From contig CM082578.2 of assembly GCA_040954595.2 (NCBI GenBank), forward strand, positions 4,942,831 through 5,006,830: a stretch of DNA of 64,000 bases. Direction: 5' to 3'. The position numbers and the translations under genes were made by a program. Each line of letters opens with the position of its first letter. Position 1 is the stretch's first letter. Source of the stretch: Balanoglossus misakiensis. Its lineage: Eukaryota; Animalia; Hemichordata. Positions 13,501 to 23,648 of the stretch are shown piece after piece. The notes under the pieces are model-generated. The model did no database searches, was not told the DNA's origin, and worked only from the letters and a program-made list of their open reading frames with translations.

Positions 13501-15817
13501 CTCGTTTCAGGACTTCATGATGCGCAATATAGTGAACAGGACCAGTGCGGTTCTCTGATTCTTCATCTGATAATTTCCGGGCAAACTGCATGTCTACCAT
13601 TTCTTTGATCTGACTGTCATAGGCTTCTGCGTGATCAGGGTTTCTCATCAGACGTCTCTCAGTTGCATACAGTTTCTTCTCAGCTTGGATTCTGTTATCA
13701 GGTAGCAGACTCGGATTCTTCTTCCAAGGATACGGTATAAGCCACCGGTTTCCAACTTTCATACAGGATTCATCAATAATTCTTGCTTCTTCTGCTTCTG
13801 CAGGACTCAGGTTAGGCGGTTTACATGTACATGGCTTCACAGCTACTCCCATGGCTTCAGTCATCCAGAAATCAGTCAAGTCAACAGGTGCTGAGAACTT
13901 GATATGCAGTACTTGACAGTTTCTAGACTGCGTTCCAGTTTGCGCGCCAAATATCACCCAACCCAGTGGTGACTGACGGGCTATCAGGTTATCAGTTTCT
14001 ACAGTTTTTCCAGCATGCATCTTAGCATGATCGATGCCAATCAACAGGTCGACTGATCCACTTCCTCGGTGGACTTCATATGGCTTGATGTTCAGTTGCT
14101 GCGAAAGTTCAACAACATTCACTTCCGTTATGTCTCCACTGATTGAGGGGATGCCAACTGCTTTGACAGTGAAAATCTGCTTCTTGTTAATGGGGCGGAC
14201 AGGGACGGCATACATCTTTGTGCAGAGCTCTTCCTCTTCACCTCCTACCTTCGTAATAGTAGTATTCACATTTTTACCTCTGAGCTGCAGACTTTCTGCT
14301 AGTGATGTCTTGATCAGACTGATCTGTGCACCAGAATCTAACAGTACATTGGCGGTCTGCTGTCTACTTTGGTTACCAATCACATTTACTAAGACGACTG
14401 GCAGTAGGGTCTCTTTGCTGCATATGGTTGCCACGCCAACAGTGTTGTTGTCTGACCTAGCTGCTGTGACAGGTTTTCTACCAGTGTGTAGCAGGGGATG
14501 GTGGAACAGGTTACATCGCATACCGTTGTTCATTTCTTGACATTGACGGCGTCTAGTACAGGTTTTTGCAGTGTGGTTCTTACCGGCTTTCTTCAGACAG
14601 CTGAAACATGCATGACCATCTTTTATCATCTTCAATCGTTCATCCGGGGGCATAGACATCAACTTTCTACACTGATCTACCCAGTGATCGGATGACTGGC
14701 ATATCCAACACTTGTAATGCGTTGCAGCTTTGGTCTCTGATATGTAGTTGACTGCTGTCATACGTGTATTTTGCGCTGGATTACGTAATGGGGCAGTTGC
14801 TCTCATGCGGGATTTCATTTCTTGTGTCATCCACTCCATAAGCGCTTCCATTGATGCAGGCTGGTTTTCAGTCTCTAGTAAACGACACCAAACTTTCCGG
14901 TCATCAGCACTCATTTTCTTTTCTATCATTGCCAGAACGTGATTGTTGTCCATATCATGTGGTCTGCCTACTTCTTTCAAAACATTGTAACTACGTCTCA
15001 CCAGGTGTACTAATTCACAAAAGCGACCGTCTTCATCATCTCGTAACATCTTGAACTTCACAATATCTTGCATAATAATGTCTGCTACAAACCGTGGATC
15101 CCCGTAAATTGAGTCTAGGTATTCCCATGCAGCATCATAATCTGTGCCTAAGCCTTTGATCAGGTCAAGTGGTTTAACTTGCAAACAGGTGCGCAGCAGT
15201 GCAACATCATCACGTTTACTGTATCTCTTGTCAACCATGTGCTTGAAATCAGCTCGGAATGTGAAATATTCACGGACATCACCTGTAAACTTCGGAAGTT
15301 TTGGCTTTTCCATTTTAAAACTGCAAGACAGGTGGGGCTTAGCGGGCAGTTCAGCATGTTGTACAATCACATCATCATCATGTCCAGTATTATCTGTTGC
15401 AGGGTTTGGGGCACTAGCATTGTTTTCAATCACTTCATGTGCATCTTCATTCTCATTGTTGTCTTCTGTCTCAGCATTAGCATTCGCTACATCATCAGTG
15501 TTCATTGTGACTTCTGTTTTCATGTAATCTATTGCTTGACTTTTCATACTTATGAATTTCTGTTGGCATTCTTCTACCCATATTTCTTCATGTTCAAACT
15601 CTTCATCATCATCAATATACTGAATATATTGTTCATGTTTCTGAATCAGGTCATCATATACTTCAATAAACTTCTGCAGTGACTGATCAATTTCATTTCT
15701 GGGACGGTTATTGTCTATCAGAGTTCTCAGGCCATTACCGTGACGAGTCAGTGACGATTTGGCATTCCTTCTTTTCTTCTTTGCTTCCTTCGCTTGATTC
15801 TCAGTGTCCGCCATCAT
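10529..15817 (-). CDS. BEL/Pao gag-pol polyprotein (1762 aa)
   Basis: Gag KLPKFTGD (DUF1759-like); three Cys/His knuckles (CWICQSSDHWVDQC, CFSCLKKAGKNHTAKTC, C...C...HHPLLH); protease LLDSGAQISLI; RT DISKMY...YMDD; Pao-type RNase H FSDAS...AKSRVAP; integrase HHCC plus DYFGP/SDNG/AESLVK; C-terminal DUF5641-like region. The PR-RT-RH-IN order fits BEL. Confidence 0.97.
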   Translation of the reverse strand: MMADTENQAKEAKKKRRNAKSSLTRHGNGLRTLIDNNRPRNEIDQSLQKFIEVYDDLIQKHEQYIQYIDDDEEFEHEEIWVEECQQKFISMKSQAIDYMKTEVTMNTDDVANANAETEDNNENEDAHEVIENNASAPNPATDNTGHDDDVIVQHAELPAKPHLSCSFKMEKPKLPKFTGDVREYFTFRADFKHMVDKRYSKRDDVALLRTCLQVKPLDLIKGLGTDYDAAWEYLDSIYGDPRFVADIIMQDIVKFKMLRDDEDGRFCELVHLVRRSYNVLKEVGRPHDMDNNHVLAMIEKKMSADDRKVWCRLLETENQPASMEALMEWMTQEMKSRMRATAPLRNPAQNTRMTAVNYISETKAATHYKCWICQSSDHWVDQCRKLMSMPPDERLKMIKDGHACFSCLKKAGKNHTAKTCTRRRQCQEMNNGMRCNLFHHPLLHTGRKPVTAARSDNNTVGVATICSKETLLPVVLVNVIGNQSRQQTANVLLDSGAQISLIKTSLAESLQLRGKNVNTTITKVGGEEEELCTKMYAVPVRPINKKQIFTVKAVGIPSISGDITEVNVVELSQQLNIKPYEVHRGSGSVDLLIGIDHAKMHAGKTVETDNLIARQSPLGWVIFGAQTGTQSRNCQVLHIKFSAPVDLTDFWMTEAMGVAVKPCTCKPPNLSPAEAEEARIIDESCMKVGNRWLIPYPWKKNPSLLPDNRIQAEKKLYATERRLMRNPDHAEAYDSQIKEMVDMQFARKLSDEESENRTGPVHYIAHHEVLKRESKSTPIRIVFNSSAVYEGHCLNDYWMKGPDLLNNLFGVMLRFRENETAVIGDISKMYHRILIPETDQHVHRFLWRNLDVSKKPETYVKTVLTFGDKPAPAMAQTALIRTAEEGQKKYPEAARILKENTYMDDICDSVHAVDEAQKLTKQIDEVLAEGGFKVKGWMSNMPLNEEPPDADEPKLKTLPNVTEEKVLGTVWEPREDVLSFKVSPNFDRYVNPEEPDDLKLTKRRILSEVARIFDPIGFATAFLIRAKIGMQQLWQQGFDWDEELPEQLQYQWMKLFREMNELNNASFNRCLTPPDVAGDPILCIFSDASDEAFGACAYLRWQLIDGTYDVRFIAAKSRVAPLKKLTTPRLELQAAVVASRLYKTITEETRFQILKPIFMTDSRIVLAWIQSLSRRFKPFVSNRAGEIQSNTNPSDWRHIPGEVNVADDVSRGISVQQLTKRWQHGPQFLYLPESEWPRDDSCTDQTEIDKEERKVQQILVTQEKPEIIDCSRFSSWVRLIRVTAYVQRFIQNLQAKKNAATMKNGPLSPEEHEDAETYWIIRAQRSLHERVTAGDFKTLSPFTDEKGRLRVGGRVNASFMSYESRHPVLLPNQHPVSLLIMQYMHQIGHTGVAVTVAKARRKYWILKAQNLAKKIKFRCVYCRKRDSKTETQIMGNLPMQRLAPYTPPFHYTACDYFGPYQVKISRNKTTKHYGVIFTCLNTRAVHLELAVDYSTMEFMQVLRRFFAVRGYPAMMISDNGSQLVGAEQELRRMVQGWDNEKLEDFCASKGMRWKFTTPAAPHQNGCAESLVKTCKAALKQSIGEQVLTPLELYTVLLEVANLVNQRPIGRIPTDPDDGAYLCPNDMLLGRATAAIPQGPFRETKNPRHRVEFVQKIIDSFWKRWSRDVLPHLVPRRKWRIERRNVQVDDIVTVADSNAIRGKWYVGRILEVYPGPDGKVRNVKVKTATGVYKRPVTKIAVIYPAEGYEDETDASSGGSEMVR

Positions 15818-15867
15818 ATATCCACACTCTCTAGGATCCGGGTTAGCAGTTTACAGAAATCGAATGA

Positions 15868-16558
15868 TGCGACCCTCAGGGAATGTGGACCAAACAACAG
15901 GCAGCAGAGTCTTGGTAACCGTATAAGTTAAAATAAACTCGCTCTGAGATACTTTACTTTATTCGATCTGAAAACGTAACAATCACAACAATTCACAATA
16001 AGTACAAGTGAATCCAACACGACTCTGAACAAAATCAACACGGCCAGATGGCTGTTTGCATTCAACACTGAAATTGTCCTCTGAAACGGACAGTCCGGTT
16101 CATATCCATCGCTCTGAATAACATCTGAAAACGGGCAGTCTAAATTCACTGATTCAACAGTCTCTATCAGTAATTCACGAAAACCGATCATATTTTCGAT
16201 ACTGAAAAACGGATAACAGGCGTGCAAACGGCCATAATCAACTGAACTGACAGTCTGATATATTTGATAGCATTTCTCGAACAGTCTAAACAACATGATC
16301 TAACATCTGAAACATCCAAAAACAATAGCAAAGAGTTCTTACTTCTTTGGCAAGACTCCACTGTAACTACAGAACAGTAAATCGGCGAACAAAACAGTAA
16401 ACCAACAGGTTTCACAGGAACAGCGTCCGTACAGTGTTCACGACGTGTAAACAGAAATGGCGGTAAAAACAGGGTTCATAAGAGGTCACATATAAGTGCT
16501 CATTTCCGGTATGTGAGGGCGGGCTTCCAATAGCTATAAACTATTTCTCAACGGACCA
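15868..16558 (-). repeat. 5' LTR of the BEL element
   Basis: 691 bp; TGGTCCG...GGTCGCA on the minus strand, with AATAAA about 90 nt from its 3' end. Confidence 0.97.
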
Positions 16559-18542
16559 GTATGGAGTAGATACATAGAATATAAACGATTCAATGGTAAT
16601 ACTCGTTTATTTTCTGAAACGCAGATGGAATAAGCATGACAATTGTTGTTCACACAGTGATGTATATGTCAACAATCATACGGTAAACGGACATACAGGG
16701 GTGAAACAGTGGTGCCTGTCACTAAAACGAAAGCTGAAATGTTACATACCCATTCCTGGGGAACCAGTCCTGGTCGCTACCGTTCTCGACACGTGTGAAA
16801 ATTGATCTACAAATGGAGTAACACTGATGCAGTGTGCTGGTTCGTGTAAATATTGGGATGGATGCAACTTTATGGTTTCTTGCTATTTTACTAAACACGT
16901 GTTGCGTTCGAACCAAGAGAAAATCACACAAACCTTTTCTATTCCTTAATGACCTTGACTTCTGCTTCATTTCTTACTGTTACAATGTTGTTGGTTTTTC
17001 GATCAACACACATAAAAGAAACACTTTGTATGCTTTGCCTATTCAAAGCGAAAATGAAAAGCCACCTGTGGTCTAGACCGCAATGAATGCTTTGGTGATA
17101 ACAATGTATCACATCAAACAAAACACAACTCATTTCGTCCCTGGTGTCAACACCTGTTTTTGTTACAATTGCAGTCGATGCATTAGCTACTTTTTTATGA
17201 ACTGAATCTGGCGAAAATTATAATCACTTGGTTTCTTATCAACAGTACTGATGAAAATAATTGAAAACTGACTGCATGTTGACCAAAGACCCTTTGCTAT
17301 GGTAAACCTCAAATAAACCTGTCCAGATAAACTCTACCAAGATAATTAGCTGTGGAAACGCGGCTCTTCCGGCGGGGTGGGGGTAGGGATATGCTAATTG
17401 TCCGCGGGGAATTAGCATATCCCCTCCCCCGGCGGAACAGCTACAATATGCATGTCAACTTACCTTCACATTGCGGTAATGTATCGTTCCATATGCCACC
17501 TTGTTGGCATTCTATGCTGCTGTGAGGACTTGTCAACCTGTAGCCTTGGTTGCAGGTGATAGTAATAGTATCTCCATAGAAGTATGGGCATGAACCTACA
17601 TGGTGAAATCGATCATCGGTGAGATTGGTAGGGACTTTGCAGTGGGTATTATTCACTTCTGCGAGTCAATAGTACAGATATGGTTAGTGGTAAAATAGGC
17701 ACACTAAAATAGCGACAGAGAGGGGTAATTATTCTGTATGATTAAATAGTTTATTACTGAGTTTATACATGATTTAGAGACTTTGTAAATTTTGTAGCCG
17801 TATGAGCTTAAACTATTTCAAGGGAGAAATGTTTTCGTCTCCAAAGTAACAATTAAATTTTATTTTGATTTAATTTATAACATTCTTCTATGCGAATCAC
17901 ATATTTTGCGAATTGTGCTATCTTACGCCGTTCATTGCTGTGTGTGTTAAAATGTTCATTGTTCCCGTTCAGCTCTTGTTTTTGATTCTCGGTGTTCCAG
18001 CTAACCAGACCTTCAGCGGTGTGTTGTAACAGTGCCTAAAATATCACCGGGCGTCGCTAGTTTGGACAAAATTGGATGTCAGATGACAGTCTATACATGC
18101 TGCGCTGCAAAAATGCTATTTTATTTACCTCTGAACTCAAGTGCAAAGGTTCCGTTATTCACATTACTCGTTGAACGGGACACGAAGACGACTGTTGCGA
18201 CATTTGAACACGAATAGACCGGTGAATTAACCACGTCAAGGCTGCGTTGTCCACCAGGTAAGCTTTCGGTTATGGACAAACGATCGTGGTCCGCGTCTAT
18301 GTTAGCTATCACCAACTGCAATATTACTATACTATCTGAGGACACCTCCACGGTCCATGTGCAAGTCTGGTCTGGTGAAAAGTATCCTGGAAATCCGGGC
18401 GAATAGATGGTTCCTGGTCCACTGTAATTGCCTCCACATGCGCCCAGGGATGCTAAAATAGGATATATCAGGAAAAACAATGGTCCAAATTGCGTAATCA
18501 TGTATCTTGCGATTGATCGATGAGTCTATTCTCGTGAATTAA

Positions 18543-18701
18543 AGGTATACGGTCACATATGTAAATTTAGCTACAGTTACCATCGCAAATTGAGATCTAG
18601 CCAAGCAAAACAAGAGCGCCATCATAATATGTTATTTAGAATACTCGGATACGCTGTTTTTGTCATCTAGGATTTTGGAAATTGGAGGTGACTGTGTACC
18701 T
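18543..18701. mobile_element. Kolobok-type MITE, family B
   Basis: TTAA-AGGTATACGGTCAC...GTGACTGTGTACCT-TTAA. Related copies are at 41362-41537, and a 5' half starts at ~31621. Confidence 0.7.
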
Positions 18702-20521
18702 TTAACTGTCTCTAACGTGAAGACAAAATTTTCTAGCATATCATACATGCTATCTCAGTAACAAAAAGACCACGTCGAGATTTGTCAAGATAGAGTGCGC
18801 CTTGAAAATTAAAGTCTGACATTTTTTTTTAAATTGTGCTAAGAGCAACCTTGGGATATTCTCTCTTTAAAGTTAGGGAAATGACAATAGAAGAACACTA
18901 CCTTAAACGGATGCCATGTTTCAAAAGCACAAGTAAGGTCCAGACATTTTGTGGCATCGGTTATAAGTAAAGGGTAGCGGTCGTCGCGCCGCGTGGGTGT
19001 CCCCCTTGACGAGAATATGTCCTCCCGTACCAGCACAAACCTCACTGCAGTCGCCACGACCCACTAGGATCTTCTGTTGCTGTCATGCCCAGTCTACGCT
19101 ACGGTTGGCTGCTCCGTTCATTCTAAGAATGATCTAATTTCAGGGATTTGTGGATGAATTGTAATGTTTATAAACAAACAAACGCGGCGCAACGACCGCT
19201 TCTCTTTAAAATAGGGCTATACTTACTTTTATATACCCCAAAGCTTGCACGGTTGTAGGTGTGAGAGTAACCACCACCGCATATTTGTGTTGCGTCACCA
19301 GAACATGCACGGAGGCACGATGTGAGGCTCTTGCTATAGCCTTCCAATGATTCTATACAGTAGCACGCGTGTCCTTGATTTAAACCAACGAACTTGGCCG
19401 GCGGTTTGCTAATACGACAGTGCTCGAGGCACTTTTGAATTGTCATGTCATCGCTGAATAGATCATGCGTAAGCCCATCCATGTACTGGTCCAAACACCC
19501 ACGATAGTCATCATCTATATTTTAAAAAGGGGGCGAAAACATCAAGGAAAACTCTATATGAAACTCTATGCAAATGTTTGCGTTCTGCATCAGATGATCG
19601 GATATATAAGTTCTGTCGCTTGATGTGCTGTTAACATGAGTAGATGCAATTCTAGTCAAATTATCATTAACAAAGACAAATATGTTCAAGCGGTCTACTA
19701 ATAACGATTTTAAGTTCATTTTCACGCGAGATACATTAGAAATAAACGTGGAAGAAAGTTTAGTCAGAACTTCTCTTAAACGTAACTTTTTCAAGAGCTT
19801 AAAAGGGTCATTAGCTGTAATCTTTGACTTTATTTCCAGCATTTTTGTTCAAGGCATGTACATGTATAACATATGCAATGTCTTTCTCTGCTCCAAACAG
19901 CATGCTAATGTACGCAGTACTGCAAGTACCCAGTGCTATTTTGTTATTGTTGACAAAGGAATTCTGGTCCGGACTCGAATTCACATTTTCAAATAACAAT
20001 GCTGATTATAAACATAAAAGCTGTTTTAATGAGCTGAACGTTTCGGTTTCGGAAAGTTGAAAAAGAAACTGCAGTAGATACACAGAACAAAAGTGCAGGA
20101 AATATAGGGACAGATTACAGCTAATGGATGGTCCATGTAAGTGAGTTTAACTAACGGGTATAAGAATTGGCAGCTACTTGGGCTTTAAAATACACTTACA
20201 GTTGCATTTCGCCGTAGCAGCTGTGTAGCCATCAGTGTTTATGGTTGTGCCATAAAGACACAAGGACAAAGGACCGCTAACATCTAATCGACAGTCCAGG
20301 TAAGCAAGACGACGCTCATCATCTCACGACAGAGAAATGGTCTTATAGCCCTGCGACATTGCTCCATGATATCCTGTCGTCAACGAGAAGAAATAACAAA
20401 GCATACAAATTAAAACAAAAAATATACTCACGCGCCCGTGTCTGTACATTAAGATTGGGTCTACTTCAATCTGATTAAAATCAGATGTGGGGTATACGGC
20501 GACGTCTTTTAATTCGCGGTA

Positions 20522-20765
20522 CGGTATACGTATGCTGTCGCCTTACACTACATCTGACCAACTCCCATGGAAGCCCCGTTCAACCTCCCGTTGCGGCCAG
20601 GCTAATCGGATTGCACGTTACGTCGATCTGCACTGACGGATACCTATCGTTCTCTATAAGGCGCCTTCTGGTTTGTTTACTGGCCAAGTAAAACTAGAGA
20701 ATTTGAACGAGATCTTCTGTGGGAGTTGGTCAGATGTAGTGTGAGGCGACGACATAAGAAGACCG
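20522..20765. mobile_element. TA-flanked MITE (Tc1/mariner-like)
   Basis: ~50-bp imperfect TIRs (GTCGCCTTACACTACATCTGACCAACTCCCA vs TGGGAGTTGGTCAGATGTAGTGTGAGGCGAC), with TA on both sides. Confidence 0.6.
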
Positions 20766-21281
20766 TAACATTCATCTGGCTGGGGCCTATGCAATTCCAA
20801 GAACAGTCAATGGTTCGCAAATGATGATTCTATCCGGCACAAACCACGAACAATACAAACGGGGTAATAGTAGCGCCCCCAAATAAATACTAGTACCACG
20901 CACTGTTTGTTGCGTTCTGTCATTCCTGCTTTTTGTGCATATCTTACCTATCTCAGCACAGACAAGATCAGCAGCAGCATAATCCCAATCATAGAACCTT
21001 GATGCCCGATGAAAGCCTAATACCGGTAGCCATGCATTATACTCCGTATCATATATTTCAACTTGGCCTTCGTACGGTGTTGCGCCTTCGACCAGTCTTA
21101 CTTTGTCAGATTCTGCGGGAAAAGAGAGAAGGCTTGCAAAATGACCATCAGACGTACTGATAAGCTCTGAAATGATTTCATAGAAAATTTAATATCTCGT
21201 TGTGGCCACTTCGTTAGGTCAAATACATGTGCGTTTTCTTTGGATTCATTCCCACAGCAAAAACGTCCCTAGCTCCATTAC

Positions 21282-21625
21282 AGGGACAAAGTCTCTCTCT
21301 CGCTGCCCTTTGGTCATTAATCATGTTTGATACAAGACACTGTTTTTGTTATTCTACATGTGGATATGTAGTGAATCAATGTTCGACCACACACAACTTC
21401 CATCCCGTTTGTAGGATATGAGTGTAAAAATCTCTCCAAAATGAATAAATGGTAAACACCCATTATTCATTTTGGCGAGTTTTTCACTCTCGTGTCAGCA
21501 AGTAGGATGGAAGTTGAGTGTGGTCAAACGCTGAATCACTATATATCCACATGCAGAATAACATAAACTGTGTTTTGTATCAAATATAATTAATGGAAAG
21601 GCAGCGAGAGAGAGACTTTGTCCCT
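21282..21625. mobile_element. Kolobok-type MITE, family A (near-palindromic full copy)
   Basis: Same TIRs as 3144-3390; the two arms are complementary over almost the whole length; flanks are TTAC/TTAA. Confidence 0.8.
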
Positions 21626-22776
21626 TTAACCTACAGTCATATATATTGTCCTTGAACAGTCACTTCAATACTCGGTAGAGAGGTCAATACAGCAGGGAGA
21701 AACGGGTGCCTCGATACTCATCAAGAACACGGATCACGTCTACTCACTTTCATCTTTAGAACTACGTCACGTTATTCCCTATTCACACTTGCTGCATGTC
21801 TGTTGTCCTGTCTGTGTGCAATACAATGGTTCTCACGGTGGACGCAAGTGAACTTTGTCAGACCTCGCAGTTGGGTCGTCAAGAACGTTGATTTTTTTTT
21901 CAATTTAGTATCCCACTTCGCAACTATGTTAAGATTCCACATTCATGCAAAATCTTTGGCACGAATGAAGATTGCTTCTATTTGGTTGGGTTTAGTCGTG
22001 TAGGTTTTTTGTTGTTTTTCGGTGATATTATGTGTAACTAAACTTCTCTAATGTTTGTCAAGATCTTGCATATAGTTCTTTCTTCAGAAGTTTCACACGA
22101 AAAGTCGACGAATTTCAATTCTGTGTCATATTGTGTTGATTCTGGTACAATTTTTAGCAATATCCATGATTTGACATATGATTCTAACCTCTGCCAGCTG
22201 TTCTGTCATGAGCAACAGCACTTGGAACTGGGGTGTGGGCATTACAAATAGCACACATAAAACCCACACACTTGACAATGTCTCGGTCATATAGCACCTT
22301 ACCTCTGATTGCCGTCACAGTATTTATCACAGTAAAAATTAGAACGATGCACGCAGCCTTGAGAATCTGGCGACACATCTCGGAAACATGAGATTGAGAT
22401 GCCGTATATAGGGCCAAGTATATTAGGGCGTCACTGCGCATGTCTGTCTCGACTTTCTCTCTTGAAATTAATATGCACATACACGATAGGTTCATAAAGT
22501 TTGCATACGCTTTGCGCTGGTGTAAATGCCACAATACTTTCTTCAAACCGACCTTATCTGCCACTTTTTGACTTTTTCTCGCAGAAGCGACTCGGAAATG
22601 TTTTACTGAATCAGTTCTGGTAGTTTCACAATGAGACGACAATGTTAATTGTAATTCTCCATCGAGTGCCACAGTAAATTATACACGCAGCAGCGCCCCC
22701 ACAGACTACTACAATTTCTTCATTCGTATTTATCCGTTCACGGTATCACTTCTATACTATATAGGTTTTTTTTCTC

Positions 22777-23648
22777 TAGACTAGCCCAATAGTTGCTTGG
22801 TAATTTCAATACTTCTTGTGTTTTCGGTGGGTTTTTTGTCTTAATAATTATATATATATAAATAATTGCAATTCTTTTTGCATGCTTACCTTGAGCGTGT
22901 TTTGGTAGTGAGGTGAGTTTCGAATTTGGGACTGAGCTTGTGGTTTCGGGTAGCGTCGACCAAGCGACTAGTACACCTTGCAAAATCTACAAATGCTCAG
23001 GCAGTTTGTTGACATAGTCGAGAATGATTGACAGGGGCGTCGATCCCGTGCGCCAATGAGAATATGGGCCAACGCGTTCCCTACATATAATGAAGCCCCA
23101 TAGACTTGGAGCAAGTTTGCCTTTCCAGAGGGCGCCGTCAATGACCTTTGGCTTTTCAGAGACGCGGTGCAAGACGTCTCTCCAAATCCGTTTGAGCTCG
23201 TGCTCTGATTGGCTAGTACCATGCAAGATGTTGCTTCATATGATTGGCTAATATGCCAGACAGAAGTTCCATCGCGTGCATGGATCGCGTGCACGTTCGA
23301 TCAGTACGCGTAACGTCCTTGTCACGTGACGTGGCATACGTGTAGAACAGACGTTCAGAACAACAAACGACACTTGTACTCGTAAATTATGATTACGTGT
23401 AAAATAATTCCGATTATCTCAATTTTTGGCGATCGATCTATAAAAATGAAACCGTGAAGTAAGTAGGCAACCATGGTGATACTTCCGGTGGAACGCCATT
23501 GACGAATCAGTTACCTTCCCCTAAATCGAACGCCACTTCAGCGCTCTCATTGGTTGAACGAAACGGATTTGGAGAGACCTCTTGACCGCGTCTCTGAAAA
23601 GCCAAAGGTCATTGAGGGCGCCCTCTTGAGAGGCAAGGAGCAAGTATA
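22777..23648. mobile_element. Non-autonomous TIR element (AcademH-like), copy 1, with nested MITE
   Basis: Termini TAGACTAGCCCAA...GGAGCAAGTATA. It is homologous to 46789-46862 plus 48915-49064, where the 9-bp TSD is intact. Confidence 0.65.
23117..23636. mobile_element. MITE with ~75-bp TIRs and 9-bp TSD (AcademH-like)
   Basis: TTGCCTTTCCAGAGGGCGCCGTCAATGACCTTTGGCTTTTCAGAGACGCGGT...ACCGCGTCTCTGAAAAGCCAAAGGTCATTGAGGGCGCCCTCTTGAGAGGCAA, with TSD GGAGCAAGT at 23108-23116 and 23637-23645. Confidence 0.8.

Larger units (their letters stand above)
9849..16558 (-). mobile_element. Full-length BEL/Pao LTR retrotransposon
   Basis: Two 691-bp TG...CA LTRs (9849-10539 and 15868-16558), a 5-bp TSD GTATG (9844-9848 and 16559-16563), a polypurine tract GGGGGGGAGCGAAA on the minus strand (10540-10553) and a single gag-pol ORF. 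Confidence 0.97.
9147..22378 (-). pseudogene. Scavenger-receptor-like type I membrane protein (signal-SRCR-WSC-CUB-CCP/Sushi-stalk-TM-tail) with premature stops
   Basis: Phase-1 exons: 22378-22303 (signal MCRQILKAACIVLIFTVINTVTAIR); 21112-20948 (SRCR: VRLVEGATPYEGQVEIY...WDYAAADLVCAEIG); 20373-20200 (second SRCR half, in-frame TGA at 20326-20324); 19514-19227 (WSC: YRGCLD...MTIQKCLEHC...CYC...CSGDATQICGG); 18452-18129 (CUB: CGGNYSGPGTIYSPGFP...CTWTV); 17658-17464 (CCP: GDTITITCNQGYRL...CQQGGIWNDTLPQC); 16806-16750 (stalk); 9625-9558 (TM GVIAGTVTAVVAVILCVV, then TAA). A probable cytoplasmic exon is 9270-9147; the 3' end is uncertain. Confidence 0.82.

Noticed and set aside
10941-15682. Plus-strand ORFs up to 283 aa inside the retrotransposon
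   Set aside because: They are antisense shadows of the gag-pol frame.
20324-20326. Selenocysteine readthrough of the in-frame TGA
   Set aside because: The position is not a conserved SRCR Cys, no SECIS was identified, and a second lesion exists in the TM exon.
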